Assembly: GCA_021432655.1 (NCBI GenBank)
Contig: MU271537.1
Coordinates: 1-48,333 of the forward strand
Direction of reading: 5' to 3'
Source of the DNA: Atractiella rhizophila
Taxonomy: Eukaryota
DNA length: 48,333 nucleotides
Shown here: positions 38,065 to 48,333 of the stretch, in pieces
Numbering within the stretch: position 1 is the stretch's first letter
Layout: every line of letters starts with the position of its first letter
Notes under the pieces: model-generated
What the model saw: only the letters and a program-made list of their open reading frames with translations
Told to the model about the DNA's origin: nothing
The model's database searches: none
Made by a program: the position numbers and the translations under genes

Positions 38065-41000
38065 TTACTCGCTGTCCTCTTCTGAGGACGACTGTTGTAC
38101 TGCATCTTCCCTTGTCACTGATACTTTGTTACTACTGCGCGGGAGGTTAAATTTGAGCTCATTCGTTTTAACACGGCTTGCAAGCTGTGCTAATGAAGGT
38201 CTCTGTCGCTGAGAGAGCCGCTGCGAAAGGCGCACAGATTGCGGGGGGACTTGAGATGAATCTTGTAGTTGTAGCCGTGCAGACTGTCTTGTGGTACGCG
38301 TTGCTGCTCGTGAGTCCGACTGTTTTTGCTGTGAAGATTGTCGTGCCGTCCGCTTTGCAGGAGAAGGAGGAGGAGACGCTGAGTGCGACGGTGATTGACG
38401 AGGTAAAGGTATGGAGAGAGGTTGAGAAATAGGAGAGTGGACTGTGCTTCGACTTGCGAAAACAGGATTGGGCTGTGCTGCACAGGCGTACTATCTGGCT
38501 CTGAAGGACTCTCCTGCCGAATAGTGTCCAACTGAGTCTGAGGAAAAAACAGGGATTGTTCCGTCACCACTGGTGTAGTCTCTGTTCCAAGGCCATTCGT
38601 TTCGAGGGTTTTCAAAGTCGGCGTGCCTTGTTCTTGAGGATTGTGCAACGAGCGGCTGAAACCGAAGCTACCCTCCAGCAAAGACGAGTCAGCGCCAGAC
38701 TCCTGAGATTGAGACGACGTCGGGTCTACTTAAATGTCAGCAAGCTCATTTTCTGAAAGGACTACATACCGAGCTTAGTTTGTTGACCACTATTCTGCTC
38801 AGCGCGACACGAGGTCTCGGAACTTTGGCGTTTTGGAGAATGACTTGATTCTTTGTTAGTCGGAATTTTGATAACGACGCCTGCAAAACGTGGCGGATTG
38901 CTTCTCGTGGGAGATAGTGGAGGAGGCGTTTGTTGATCCAGCGGACGTGACTGGCTACTCTGTTCCTGGTAGGTCTGAACGCCAAGAGGAACTGGCGATT
39001 GTAAGTCGTTCCCATTTGAGAGATGGCTCGGCTGGGCCGGTGTCAATGCAACTTCTGAATCCAGGTTGACAGAATGTGGCAGTTCCGTCGTGGATGATTT
39101 TGCCTCCTTATTCTCGGAAATAGTTTCTGTTTCCTGCACCGGAGATATACTCGAGGCGAGAGCCTGAGGCTCATCGTCTTCCTTGGGAGCCGGAGCTTCG
39201 ACCGTAATCATCTGGGGAACGAAAATAGCCCTCTTTCGAAGTTGTTCAAAAGACGGTATCTCGTCATTCTGGACAGAAGACGGTTCTACGTCTTCAGACT
39301 GTGGAGGATGGACAAATTGAGAGTCTTCTTCCAAAATCAAGGCAACATCTCTGAGCTTAGGTTGAGAGGCATCCTGTGTTCGCTCCTCTATGTGTGACTT
39401 AGGACCTGTTTCTCCAGATGCATCCCTTGGAGGTTGTTGGCCATTGACGCCGGACGGTAAAAGATCTGGAGTCATATCGTTCACTGCTTCACAGTCTGGA
39501 TTTGTGTCATCAAACTCCACCATTGGACCTGTAGCCACATCTATTTCGCTATCTTCGTCGCCTCCAGGCCTTGCTCCAGTCTCGCTTTCCGAAGAATCAT
39601 CGTATCGGTGTTCGACATTGCTCTTCGTGAATCTCGCTCCCTCTTCCCGTTCGTTTTCGCTGTCCGAAATTCGGTTGTTCGCTTCCTTCGCGTTCTCCTT
39701 CTCAATATCCTCCTCCTCAGTAGCCTCAGCACCCAACATCTCCCTCAACCCCATCTTACTCTGCTTCTGCTCTTCCTCCAGTTGCCTAGCAATACGGTCG
39801 AACTCGCTCGCATCCAGTATCTCGACCTTTTTCGCGTTCCTCTCCAACTCTGCCATTCTCTCCCTGGAAATCCGCTTTCGCTCCTCCTCCTCCTCGTCCG
39901 TCGATTCGTCGCTGGAGCTAGAAGAGGGGCTGTCCTGTTATAGTTCATAGGACGGGAATCGGCATCGTCCCACTTCCGCATGAGAGCCTCGATGGCGGCC
40001 TCATCCACTTGGGAAGATGTATTTGGCACAAGTTTTGAAGTGTTACGGACTGAGGATTGGGTGGGAAGAGAGTGCTGAACACTTCAGCCCCTCCATCTGA
40101 TGATTTTTTCTGTATTTTGTTCGCCCTCGGCAGCAGAAGATGCTGTTGCAGTTTCAGGCTGAGGAATTGGAGATGACGACGAGGCTGCACTTTTTTGTTC
40201 TCGCGGTTCAGATGATGATCGGCTACTGTTTTTGCGCTATCTCCCCATTCGGTTTTGAACGCTCCCGCTCATGTGTCACTTTCTCTCCATTTGCCATCTC
40301 ATCCTCCGAGTCATCCAAGCCAAAGTCTGACTTTCTCTCTCGGGCCATTCAACTTGAAAGCAGGCAAGAGATTTCCGAAAACTTCATCAGGTATATCGTC
40401 CATATCCTTCTGTAGTACGCTTCTCGTCGCCGTAGGCTGGAGAGACGACAGGGGACGAGCAGCAGTTATCCGTTTCTTGGGTGACTGCAGCTCGTCCTCC
40501 TCGTCTTCTTCCGACTCCGAACTAGACTCTGACATTGATTGCTTTGGCGTTGATACGTGAGACGCCTCGTTTGAAGAGAAAGCTCGCGTCGAAGTGGCCT
40601 TTCCTCCCTCTTTCCACTCTTGGATACCATGTCTCACATCGCCTCCGAGGGTAGCTGTGGAACGGTGAAGCGTCGATTTCCCTAGATTGGGGGATGTTTG
40701 CACCCAATGTCGCGACGAGAGGACCTTCGCGAGATGAGGCGAAGTTTGAACCCCTTTATTGCGTTGAGAGACAGCATGGGGTTGAAACTGGTGTGCTCGG
40801 TGATTTGGACATGATGGCAGAAATCGAAAGCAAGGGCGGCGTGGCCTGTGAAGGAAGTCGATCTACGCATACCCATCAGTTGAATGTGACAATATGAAAG
40901 AAAGGCAGACGAACCAACGGCTGCTACTCCCCTTCTTCCTGCGCAGTTTCTTCTTTGCCCCTCTTTGAAAGAGGGACGACTGGATCTTGATTCTCCACAG

Positions 41001-42651
41001 ATAACTCATGAACAGGAATCGGTTGTTGGACAGACTCGTCCTCCTCCATCAATGGACGAGATATCTTGTTTTTCCTCTTCTTTTTTGGTTGGTGGTGAAT
41101 CAGCTCCGCGCTCCTCCGCCTCGATCATTGCTTCAGACGCTACAGCGTCCTTTCGTTTCCTCTTTTTTGTCTTTCGCTCCACAGGGATCATAGAATCCTG
41201 TTCCCCATCATCAAGACGCAGTCCATCCTCTCCTTCTTTCCCCTTCCGTTTCTTCTTCTTCCTTTTCGTTCCTAGTTCATTTTCATCAACAGGAGCGATG
41301 AGATCCTCTGCTACAGCCTGAGAACTGTCCTGCACTCCGGCAGTCATTTCGTTTTCGCTCCCAAAAGGCACCTCCGCTTCCATCAGCATGGCTTCAGCCT
41401 CCCCTTCCTCCGGTCTCCGCCTTTTCTTTTTCTTCTTCTCATCTCCCTTTTTCCGTTTCCCCTTCTTCGTCCGAGGTACCTCTTCTTCGGCATCCTCTTC
41501 CGCATCTACAAGAGCAGCAGGGTCCTGTGTCATTTCTTCCCAATCCCGAGGCTGCTCAAGCTGCTCGGGCTCAGATGGCTGTTCAGAAGGTGGAGACGGG
41601 GCTAGAGGAGAGGATGGAGGAGGAGAGGGATCTCTCCGCTTCTTCTTCTTCTTCTTCTTCTCTTCTCCTTGGCCAGCGTAGGCGTCGGAGTGAGCTCGCT
41701 TTGATCGGGGTTAGATACAGGAGGCGAAGTAGGTGCTCGCTCCAGTTGAGGAGTTGGAGTGCGCTCATTGTGCGAGAGGGCTGGTTCATCCAACTCCTCC
41801 AGAGTTGGAGGATCTAAAGCGGCTTTCCTCTCCATTTTCTTCTGCTTCCCGTGCTTCTTCTTTCTGTCTTTCTTCCGCTCTTGTTTATTTGCCTTTTCCG
41901 CTTCAGCTTCCTCCGCTTCAGTTTCGTCAGCTCCAGCTTCCACTGGTTCAGGAGGCTCCGAACGCCGCTTCTTCTTCTTCCTTGGTCTCTCTTCCTCTTC
42001 ACCTTCCCCCTCCTGGCCAGTCGACTTCTTCCGCTTTTTCGATTTTTTCTTCTTAGCTGGTTCTTCGTCTTCCTGCTCAGGAAGAGGCTCCTCCACCCAC
42101 TGTTCCTCTACCAAAACTTCTTCCAGCGGTTCGTCAAAGGAAGGAGGCTCGGGTTCGACAACAGAAGGCTTCCGCTTCTTGGTCTTGGATTTAGAACGGG
42201 TTTTAGAGGCAGAGGGCGTAGGTGCAGCTGTCTGTTCGTCCTCCTCATTCGCCAGCAGCAGCTGTGATGGCTCAGACAGAAGAGATCGCTTCTTTTTCTT
42301 CTTCAGCTTCGTGGTATTTCTTCCATCCTCTTCAACCGCAACAAGCCCTGCATCGGATGGCTCCTCCTCACGCTTCTTCTTCTTCTTCTTACCTTCTCCC
42401 GCTTCAGCTACAGGTTTGTCTCGCTCATGCTCCTGAAGGTCTTCAGCCGGAAGTTTCTTCTTCCGTCGCTTCTCCACTTTAGCTTCGACAACATCACCCT
42501 CCATAGGTTGAAACGCATTCCCATTGGCCATAAGTATAGTGCTCGTACTCACATCCTCGTCCTATCACATGCTATAACCTCAGCGGGTCCCACAGAGCTG
42601 ACCAACGAGACTAACGTGAACGACTTCAGAGGCTTTCCGCTTCTTTCCCAT
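38065..42651 (-). CDS. Large low-complexity K/E/S-rich protein, probably nuclear or nucleolar
   Basis: Start MGKKRKASEVVH at 42651, 9-nt microexon (DED), then ORFs 41602-42552, 41006-41533, 40311-40703, 38762-39856 and 38190-38681. Likely ends ...SSSEEDSE* at 38067-38065. Many poly-K NLS-like tracts; no domain recognised. Confidence 0.65.
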
Positions 42652-42991
42652 GCTTCTCGTTGGCCCCTCGCTTCGCCGTTCAAAGTGGATAAAAGCAAGA
42701 TGGAGTTGTTGAGACAGGTTGAGAGAAAGACCAAAAAGTTTCGTCGATCGCGTCCGCAGGAAGGTTCTCGGCTAGTGATGCAGTAGGTGCCTGGCAAACA
42801 ACCGACCAGAAAATCAATCACAAATGAATGAGGTTCGCAGAAGCAGCGTATATGAGGCTGGAAGAACCTGAGACGGTATCGATCGTTGTAAGGGAGAGGA
42901 AATTCGAACGAAGGAGGGAAGACAGAAATTATGTCATGAGCAAGAGGATTAAGAAGTGTAGGTCATTTGTTTCAAGCAGAAATGACCACTT

Positions 42992-44700
42992 TCATTTTCG
43001 TACAAATGTCTCTAGCCTATTATTCATAACATTGACTGCCGCCTTAATTTCCATATAAGCACCAACATGCTCGATGTACTCTCGAGGCATTTCGTTCAAT
43101 AATCCCAAAATGATACCCCCAGCCCACCATGGAGACAGACCAAAAGGGTCATGGGGAGGAGAACCCGCCCATCGAATTGATTCAAATTGACCCGCTCTAT
43201 ATCGCCACATCAGACGGTACTGATCGGGTACTACGTTTGCGTCTCCAAAGAAATGGCATTTCGCTGTGCGTTCTTCGTCCAAGAGACTATGTAAGGCGTC
43301 GACCTCTTCTGTGGTGTAAAATTCTGGAAAGACTGAGGCCAGAAGAACGCGGCGCACTCTGCGTGACCCTAGAACAGGCACGCCGTCACGTCGCTGCCAG
43401 GTTATGACTACCAAACAATGAGGACCAGAGGACAGGAACGGGGTTACATGCCTTTAATCTCCTTCCTCTCCGATAAGACTGGTTGCTTTTCCCGCGGTTC
43501 ATTACACTGTTGTCGGTGTGTCAGTCGATCCCTACATGATTGAGGAACGTACATTTGAACTCAAATGATGTGGGCGTGGGCCTGTCATCCTCTCCTGCGT
43601 CAAAGCTGATTCTGTGGTGATGGCTGACCACCATTCTCTTCTACCAAGGTTTATATACGTACTGTTAAATCGGAGTACCTAGTCGATAGCAATGATTAGG
43701 TCGACATGGAATGCTTCTCTGTCCTGGCTTTCGGGTGCATTGTGTAAAATGCGACCGTGAGTCACACGGCATAACGTGACATCCAGTTGTCTGCCGTCTG
43801 CCTTTACTCTTCGTGTTCCAGCATGTTGTGACATGTAGGCTGTAGAGGCTATGGACTCTTAAGTGCTTTACAATTGACATGTCCCCACGTCCTTCAAATT
43901 CACGTGAAACTCTTTCTCATATTCCCATCAATTTTGCTATCTATCAAGATTATTACTTCGTTGAATAGACGATCAGGCAACGTGTCACATGATGCAGAAG
44001 TATTTACAAAATATAACACTAGCCTAGGACCTATAAAGTACTTCTGGCTCAACCCCATCTCCCCAACCCTGGGAAAGCACGAATGTTCTGTTGAATTATC
44101 CTTCGTGCTTAACGACGTTGTCATTGCTATGTAAAATCAATAATTAGGGCTACTCACGATGTAAATTACTTCGTGGTCTTTCTGAACCATAAATGGGTTC
44201 CACGCCTTCCCGAAAGCCGTACTGGTTTCCTTCAGCTGGATCCGCTTCGTACTGTCGGTAACACTTTTCTCGGACCCGCTCCTGCAAGTCTTGATCATAT
44301 CGGCTCCCCTTTGGCCTTGGAAATGTGGAAGCCGTCCAAGGATATAGCGGGGCATCAATGGCTTCATAGTGAGGGTGTATATTCGCGTCATGGATTGTGC
44401 CGTTAGGAAGAGTAGCCACAGCTTTGCGCGCTATCCTGCAGCCCGTGATGATCAGGATCTTCTTGACAAAGGTGGAGAATAAATGAACCATCTTTTAGAT
44501 TTGGTGACTCTGCTCGAGTAAAGGGGATGCAAATTGATCCAAGGCATTTCGATATAGTGTTATCGGTTCTTGAAATGTGTGAAGAAATGAGAGTCGTTCC
44601 TTCGCACAAATTTTGTTGGGAAAGGGAGTGCCATCGCTCGATGACGCTTTTATGCTCAATGAGGAGCTACCGCTTTGTACGCAGAACTGTCCTGCAAATA
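42992..44700 (-). CDS. Hypothetical multi-exon protein (5' end undefined)
   Basis: Protein-like last exon 42992-43414. Minus-strand splice signals include a GTGAGT donor at ~44158 and a CTGAC...CAG acceptor at ~44692. No family recognised. Confidence 0.4.
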
Positions 44701-44741
44701 ATGTCAGTCAAGACTACTGCCAGCGTAACGCAGCTAGCAAT

Positions 44742-44915
44742 CCAAGATCCCTTTGTGCAACAAGGAGCTTGTTAACTTGTACTCATTTGGCATCAAATGA
44801 ATTAATTCCCTTCGTTATCAGCCTCCCAAGATCCCTTTGTGCGACAAGCAGCTTGTCTGAACCTAGCCGGAACACCCGCCTTTTTTACAATAATAGACTC
44901 TAAAGATCCCTTTGT
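44742..44915. repeat. Three imperfect direct repeats with core AAGATCCCTTTGT
   Basis: Copies at 44742, 44826 and 44903 (periods 84 and 75). The first two extend to CCAAGATCCCTTTGTGC-ACAAG-AGCTTGT. Confidence 0.8.
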
Positions 44916-45170
44916 CTTCCAGACCAGTTCCCGCTTCACTTTGTGCCCTTACTGCAAAGCGAGTACGAAGATGAAAAGGATCAGCAAGCTGTTATATCAC
45001 ACCGTCATCATGCGCATACCATGGACACCGATCACAAGGATGGACACACGATATGGTTCCTATCCACGAGATTGCCTGTGATAGAAAGAGTTCTGTTCCC
45101 TTTTTTTTAACTGGATACAATGATCTTCCATGAATGTAAGCATAATGGCTCCACAGCCATCATTCACAAT

Positions 45171-46902
45171 TTACAAGCTCTCTTTTTCTTCCTCTTCCAT
45201 CCTCCCAGCCAACGTTCTCCCTACGCCTCTCATAGTCATCCCCTTCCCTGCCCAATCCGCCTCGAACCACCAATTGATCGCGATCGTGACTCCCCTCTGT
45301 TCTACTTCGTGAAACCACGCGGCTGGAAGGTAGAGGAGGTCTCCCTCTTTCACTTCCACGGTATAAGGTGGAGGATTGATTGAGTTCCAGCTGATGTCGG
45401 AAGAAAGACGGGATATCCATGGGACTGTAATTGGAGGGGAAGAAGGGACGAGTGTGAAAGTAGAAGGTGGGCTGAACGACCAGCGTGCCGTGTGATAAAT
45501 TGATTCTTCATTTGACGCAAGATGAGCAACGTTCGCTTCTGACCTTTGAGGGAGGAGGGACGAACCGTTGAGGTTAACATACTCAAGGGGAGGAAAGAGG
45601 GTAAAGCGTTTCATTCCCTTTACGACGAGATACAGATTCTCATACGAATCTACTTCATTATCGTCAAAGAGAGGTAGACAGGTGCGAGTCGAACTAACCA
45701 GAGTGTAGTGCACTCGTACTCCGTTCGTTCCCAATCCACAAATTTGTCGCCTCTGGCTCTGCATCTGTCTCACCGCATGTCAGCCACATCACCAGTCATG
45801 CCACGACCACATTATGCGAAAAGGGAGTTTACCCACCAAACGCGTCCCTTGCCCAAGCTATAGATCCCTTCAAATCTTCAAAAAGCGGCTTGAACGCCAC
45901 CTCACGGGTCAAATTGGAATCTTGGGATTGGAGGTAATGGACCGGAGAGTCTGACGAGGGTGGATCTTGATTTAGCTGCGCAAAGAGCATGGAGAGCGTC
46001 ATCTTTGTAGTAGCAGGCTCGACGAAGTATTGCGTCTCGTTGGCGGTGGTATGGATGGAATCTGCCCATCTTACAGGAAATAGATCAGTTTTATTACTTG
46101 AACGATGATGAAGAATGAGCTGAATGTGACTGCAGAGGGAAAGTGCGCTCCGGAGATCAACGATGAAGAATGTTGTGTTGGCACTTTCAGTGACGAGGTA
46201 ATTGAGCAGCTATGTGGTAGACATGAATTCAACAGGTTTTCATAAGGCTAGGAAAAGGATCAATGGCGCTCAATGGCCTCAACCTTCAAACAGCATGAGG
46301 AGGCCACTCTAAGCCTCTCCTCTGCACAGTCTAGTTTCACGAATCACGACTTGGCACGGATTCACAATGAGCAAGGAATGGACAAGCGACAAGTGTCATG
46401 ATGTGGAACGCAAATCGAGGAGCGACATTGGCACACTCGTTAACTAATTACACTGGACTCGCTCATTCAGGTCGCGCAATCTCCAATGATGAACATCTGT
46501 ATTCCGCTTTCTACTGCTCCAGAAACATGTAGATCTCGTAATAATCAAGATATGTATTCGGATTCGAGCAACTCCAAATGCAATTAGCGCTGCATCCTTT
46601 CACTGACTTCAATACACTTACCCATCAGGCGTAACAGCTACCTCCACCTGATCGCTTACCGTACCCGCCAGGTACTTTTCATCCCATTTTCCCAAATTGA
46701 TCAAACCCTCATCGATCCCAGTGTTCAGGTATCCTCTGATCACAAACGGGAAGTTGCGCGAAACAAGTCTCAAAAATGAAAGCGCTGTGATATCGATTGG
46801 CAGGATTTCACGGACAGTCGGGGGCGTAAAATCGCGGGAGGCCTGTATCAGGGAGCTAGATATACGCTCTGTGGATGGGAAGGTAACAGTGGAAGAAGAC
46901 AT
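45171..46902 (-). CDS. JMJD7: JmjC/cupin-8 2OG-Fe(II) hydroxylase, JMJD7-like
   Basis: FLRLVSRNFPFVIRG, VAVTPDG|WADS, YLQSQDSNL, ATNLWIGNERSTSALHS|DSYENLY (HxD) and GDLLYLPAAWFHEV (distal His). First intron is 46621-46070. Confidence 0.88.
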
Positions 46903-47550
46903 GGATATGTTGTGGTTTTGAGATTACGTACGACGCTGAGAGTGTAGTGTCAATTTTCCTGTTCGCGTTACATTGTCAAAGCAAGTGTTTTCAACATAGA
47001 CAACTTTGCGACAGAGTTTGTGGGAAACGACGATGGCTTTAAAGGCCCGTTAAGATGTGATGTGCACATTGAAAACCTGATGGAAAGAGAATGTGGTGTC
47101 TACTGTGACGTATGTTCATCTTCCAGCTACTGCAAAAGAGCCGCTGCTCGGAAGAAACGAGCCGTATCTACAAATTTAATGTAACAGCGGGCCTCTGATT
47201 CCCGCTGACAAAATGACGTGCCAATGCCCCGTCAACACGGAGCACATTTTCCCATGAGGCCACCAAGGCCCGCGAATGTGCTGAACTCTGAATAAACAAC
47301 TTGAAGTGAAGAAGTCATCAATGCTGACCAGATTCGGAGGTTTTTGAGTGAACGTCCTGTTTTCGCAACTTCATATTCCGCTCTCGTCTTTTGTTCGTCG
47401 ACGATTATATCGTTGCGCTGACGTTGAACTGTCCGTATTTCTCATCATTGGAGAGACAGGGTTTATTGCGGGCCGTCATGGTGTATTTATGAATGAAGGC
47501 ATAATGGATATTACGGTCTTGTTGCCTACTCTCTAATCCGACTGGTGGAA

Positions 47551-48333
47551 ATGACGCTCAAGAATCTTCACACCCTTGGGAAGAACGGACCAAAAAGTAC
47601 GCTTTGTCTTCTCTCTCATTCGATTCTGAACTTGAAGTTAGTTCCGGCACTTGGTTTGGGATGCATGGCTTTAGGAGACTACTATGGTCCCATCCCTTCT
47701 CTGGAACAAGGACAAGCCGTGCTCATGAAGGTGAGCTATCAATATTGCGATGAAGTGGCTGCGCTGACCATCATGACGGTGGGACAATGAAAGGCTTTGA
47801 AAGCTGGAGCAATCCATTGGGATACTTCTGATGTTTACGCAAATGGCAAGAACGAAGAGCTCTTAGGGACCGTGTTGAAGGATCCAGAGGTGCGAGCGAA
47901 AGTGTTCCTTGCGTAGGTCTCCCTTTTGCTACGTCCTTGTGTCTGCTTGGATTTTAGATGCTGACCAGTTGCTGTTGAAGGACGAAGTTCGGAGGAACGA
48001 TAACTGACGGTAGACCTAGGATCAGGGGAGACTATGCTTACGTGAGGGAAGCTTGTAACGCGAGCTTGAAAAGACTTCAAGTAGATTATATCGACTTGTA
48101 CTATCAACACAGAGTAGGTCTAGCCTCTTTTAGTTCCTCCTGGAAATACCTCACGAGTACTTTTTGGTGCTAGGTTGACCGCACAGTTCCCATCGAGGAG
48201 ACGTGGAAGGCTCTTTCGGAGTTGAAGAAGGAAGGAAAGGTCAAATATCTCGGCATCAGCGAGGCGACACCAGAAGAAGTAAGAAGAGCTCATGCAATCA
48301 TCCCTTTGTCGGCGTATCAACTGGAGGTCTGTC
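47551..48333 (+). CDS. Aldo-keto reductase (YakC/AKR13-like), 3' truncated by window
   Basis: [23 protein letters not shown] (catalytic D/Y), VFLA|TKFG (catalytic K), [17 protein letters not shown] and [10 protein letters not shown]. Confidence 0.93.

Noticed and set aside
39390..42482. Long + strand poly-F/poly-S ORFs
   Set aside because: Antisense shadows of the K/E-rich minus-strand gene.
44527..44775. 'DPRHFDIVLSVL' resembling a BTB motif on the + strand
   Set aside because: The rest of the domain is absent, and splice signals favour the minus strand.
44742..44915. Repeat-spacer pattern reminiscent of CRISPR
   Set aside because: Eukaryotic context, only three degenerate copies, unequal periods and no cas genes.
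46485..46606. + strand ATGATGA...CTGA C/D-box-like pair
   Set aside because: It is antisense to the host intron, has no terminal stem, and no rRNA guide was recognised.

Overview
Gene-dense, intron-rich fungal DNA. The ~45-60 nt GT-AG introns, relaxed donors and gene content suggest a basidiomycete, probably Pucciniomycotina-like (inference). Splicing by hand supports about 17 protein genes: a Med12-like 3' end, a MYND-finger protein, NADPH-cytochrome P450 reductase, an Est1/SMG6-like PIN protein, a TauD dioxygenase, GINS Psf2, a small secreted 6-Cys protein, two GNAT acetyltransferases, a paraoxonase-like protein, a cytochrome P450, a divergent Zn(II)2Cys6 protein, an integral membrane protein, an oxidosqualene cyclase (ERG7-like), a large K/E-rich protein, a JMJD7-like hydroxylase and the 5' part of an aldo-keto reductase. 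Four observations stand out. (1) A 746-bp tandem duplication inside the P450 leaves one splice donor facing two alternative 3' exon sets, and only the distal set gives a full-length enzyme. (2) The cyclase has non-canonical active-site motifs (DTTAE, LYDGPEFLMCG) and lies near the P450, Zn-cluster, GNAT and membrane genes, so this may be a triterpenoid locus. (3) Three first introns (CPR, OSC, JMJD7) are about 10 times longer than normal and rich in hairpins; two of them carry a second acceptor that leads to a premature stop. (4) Several genes (Psf2, the secreted protein, the Zn-cluster protein) are missing or fragmented in the ORF track. No rRNA, tRNA, CRISPR array or intact transposon was recognised. 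All exon boundaries are manual predictions.
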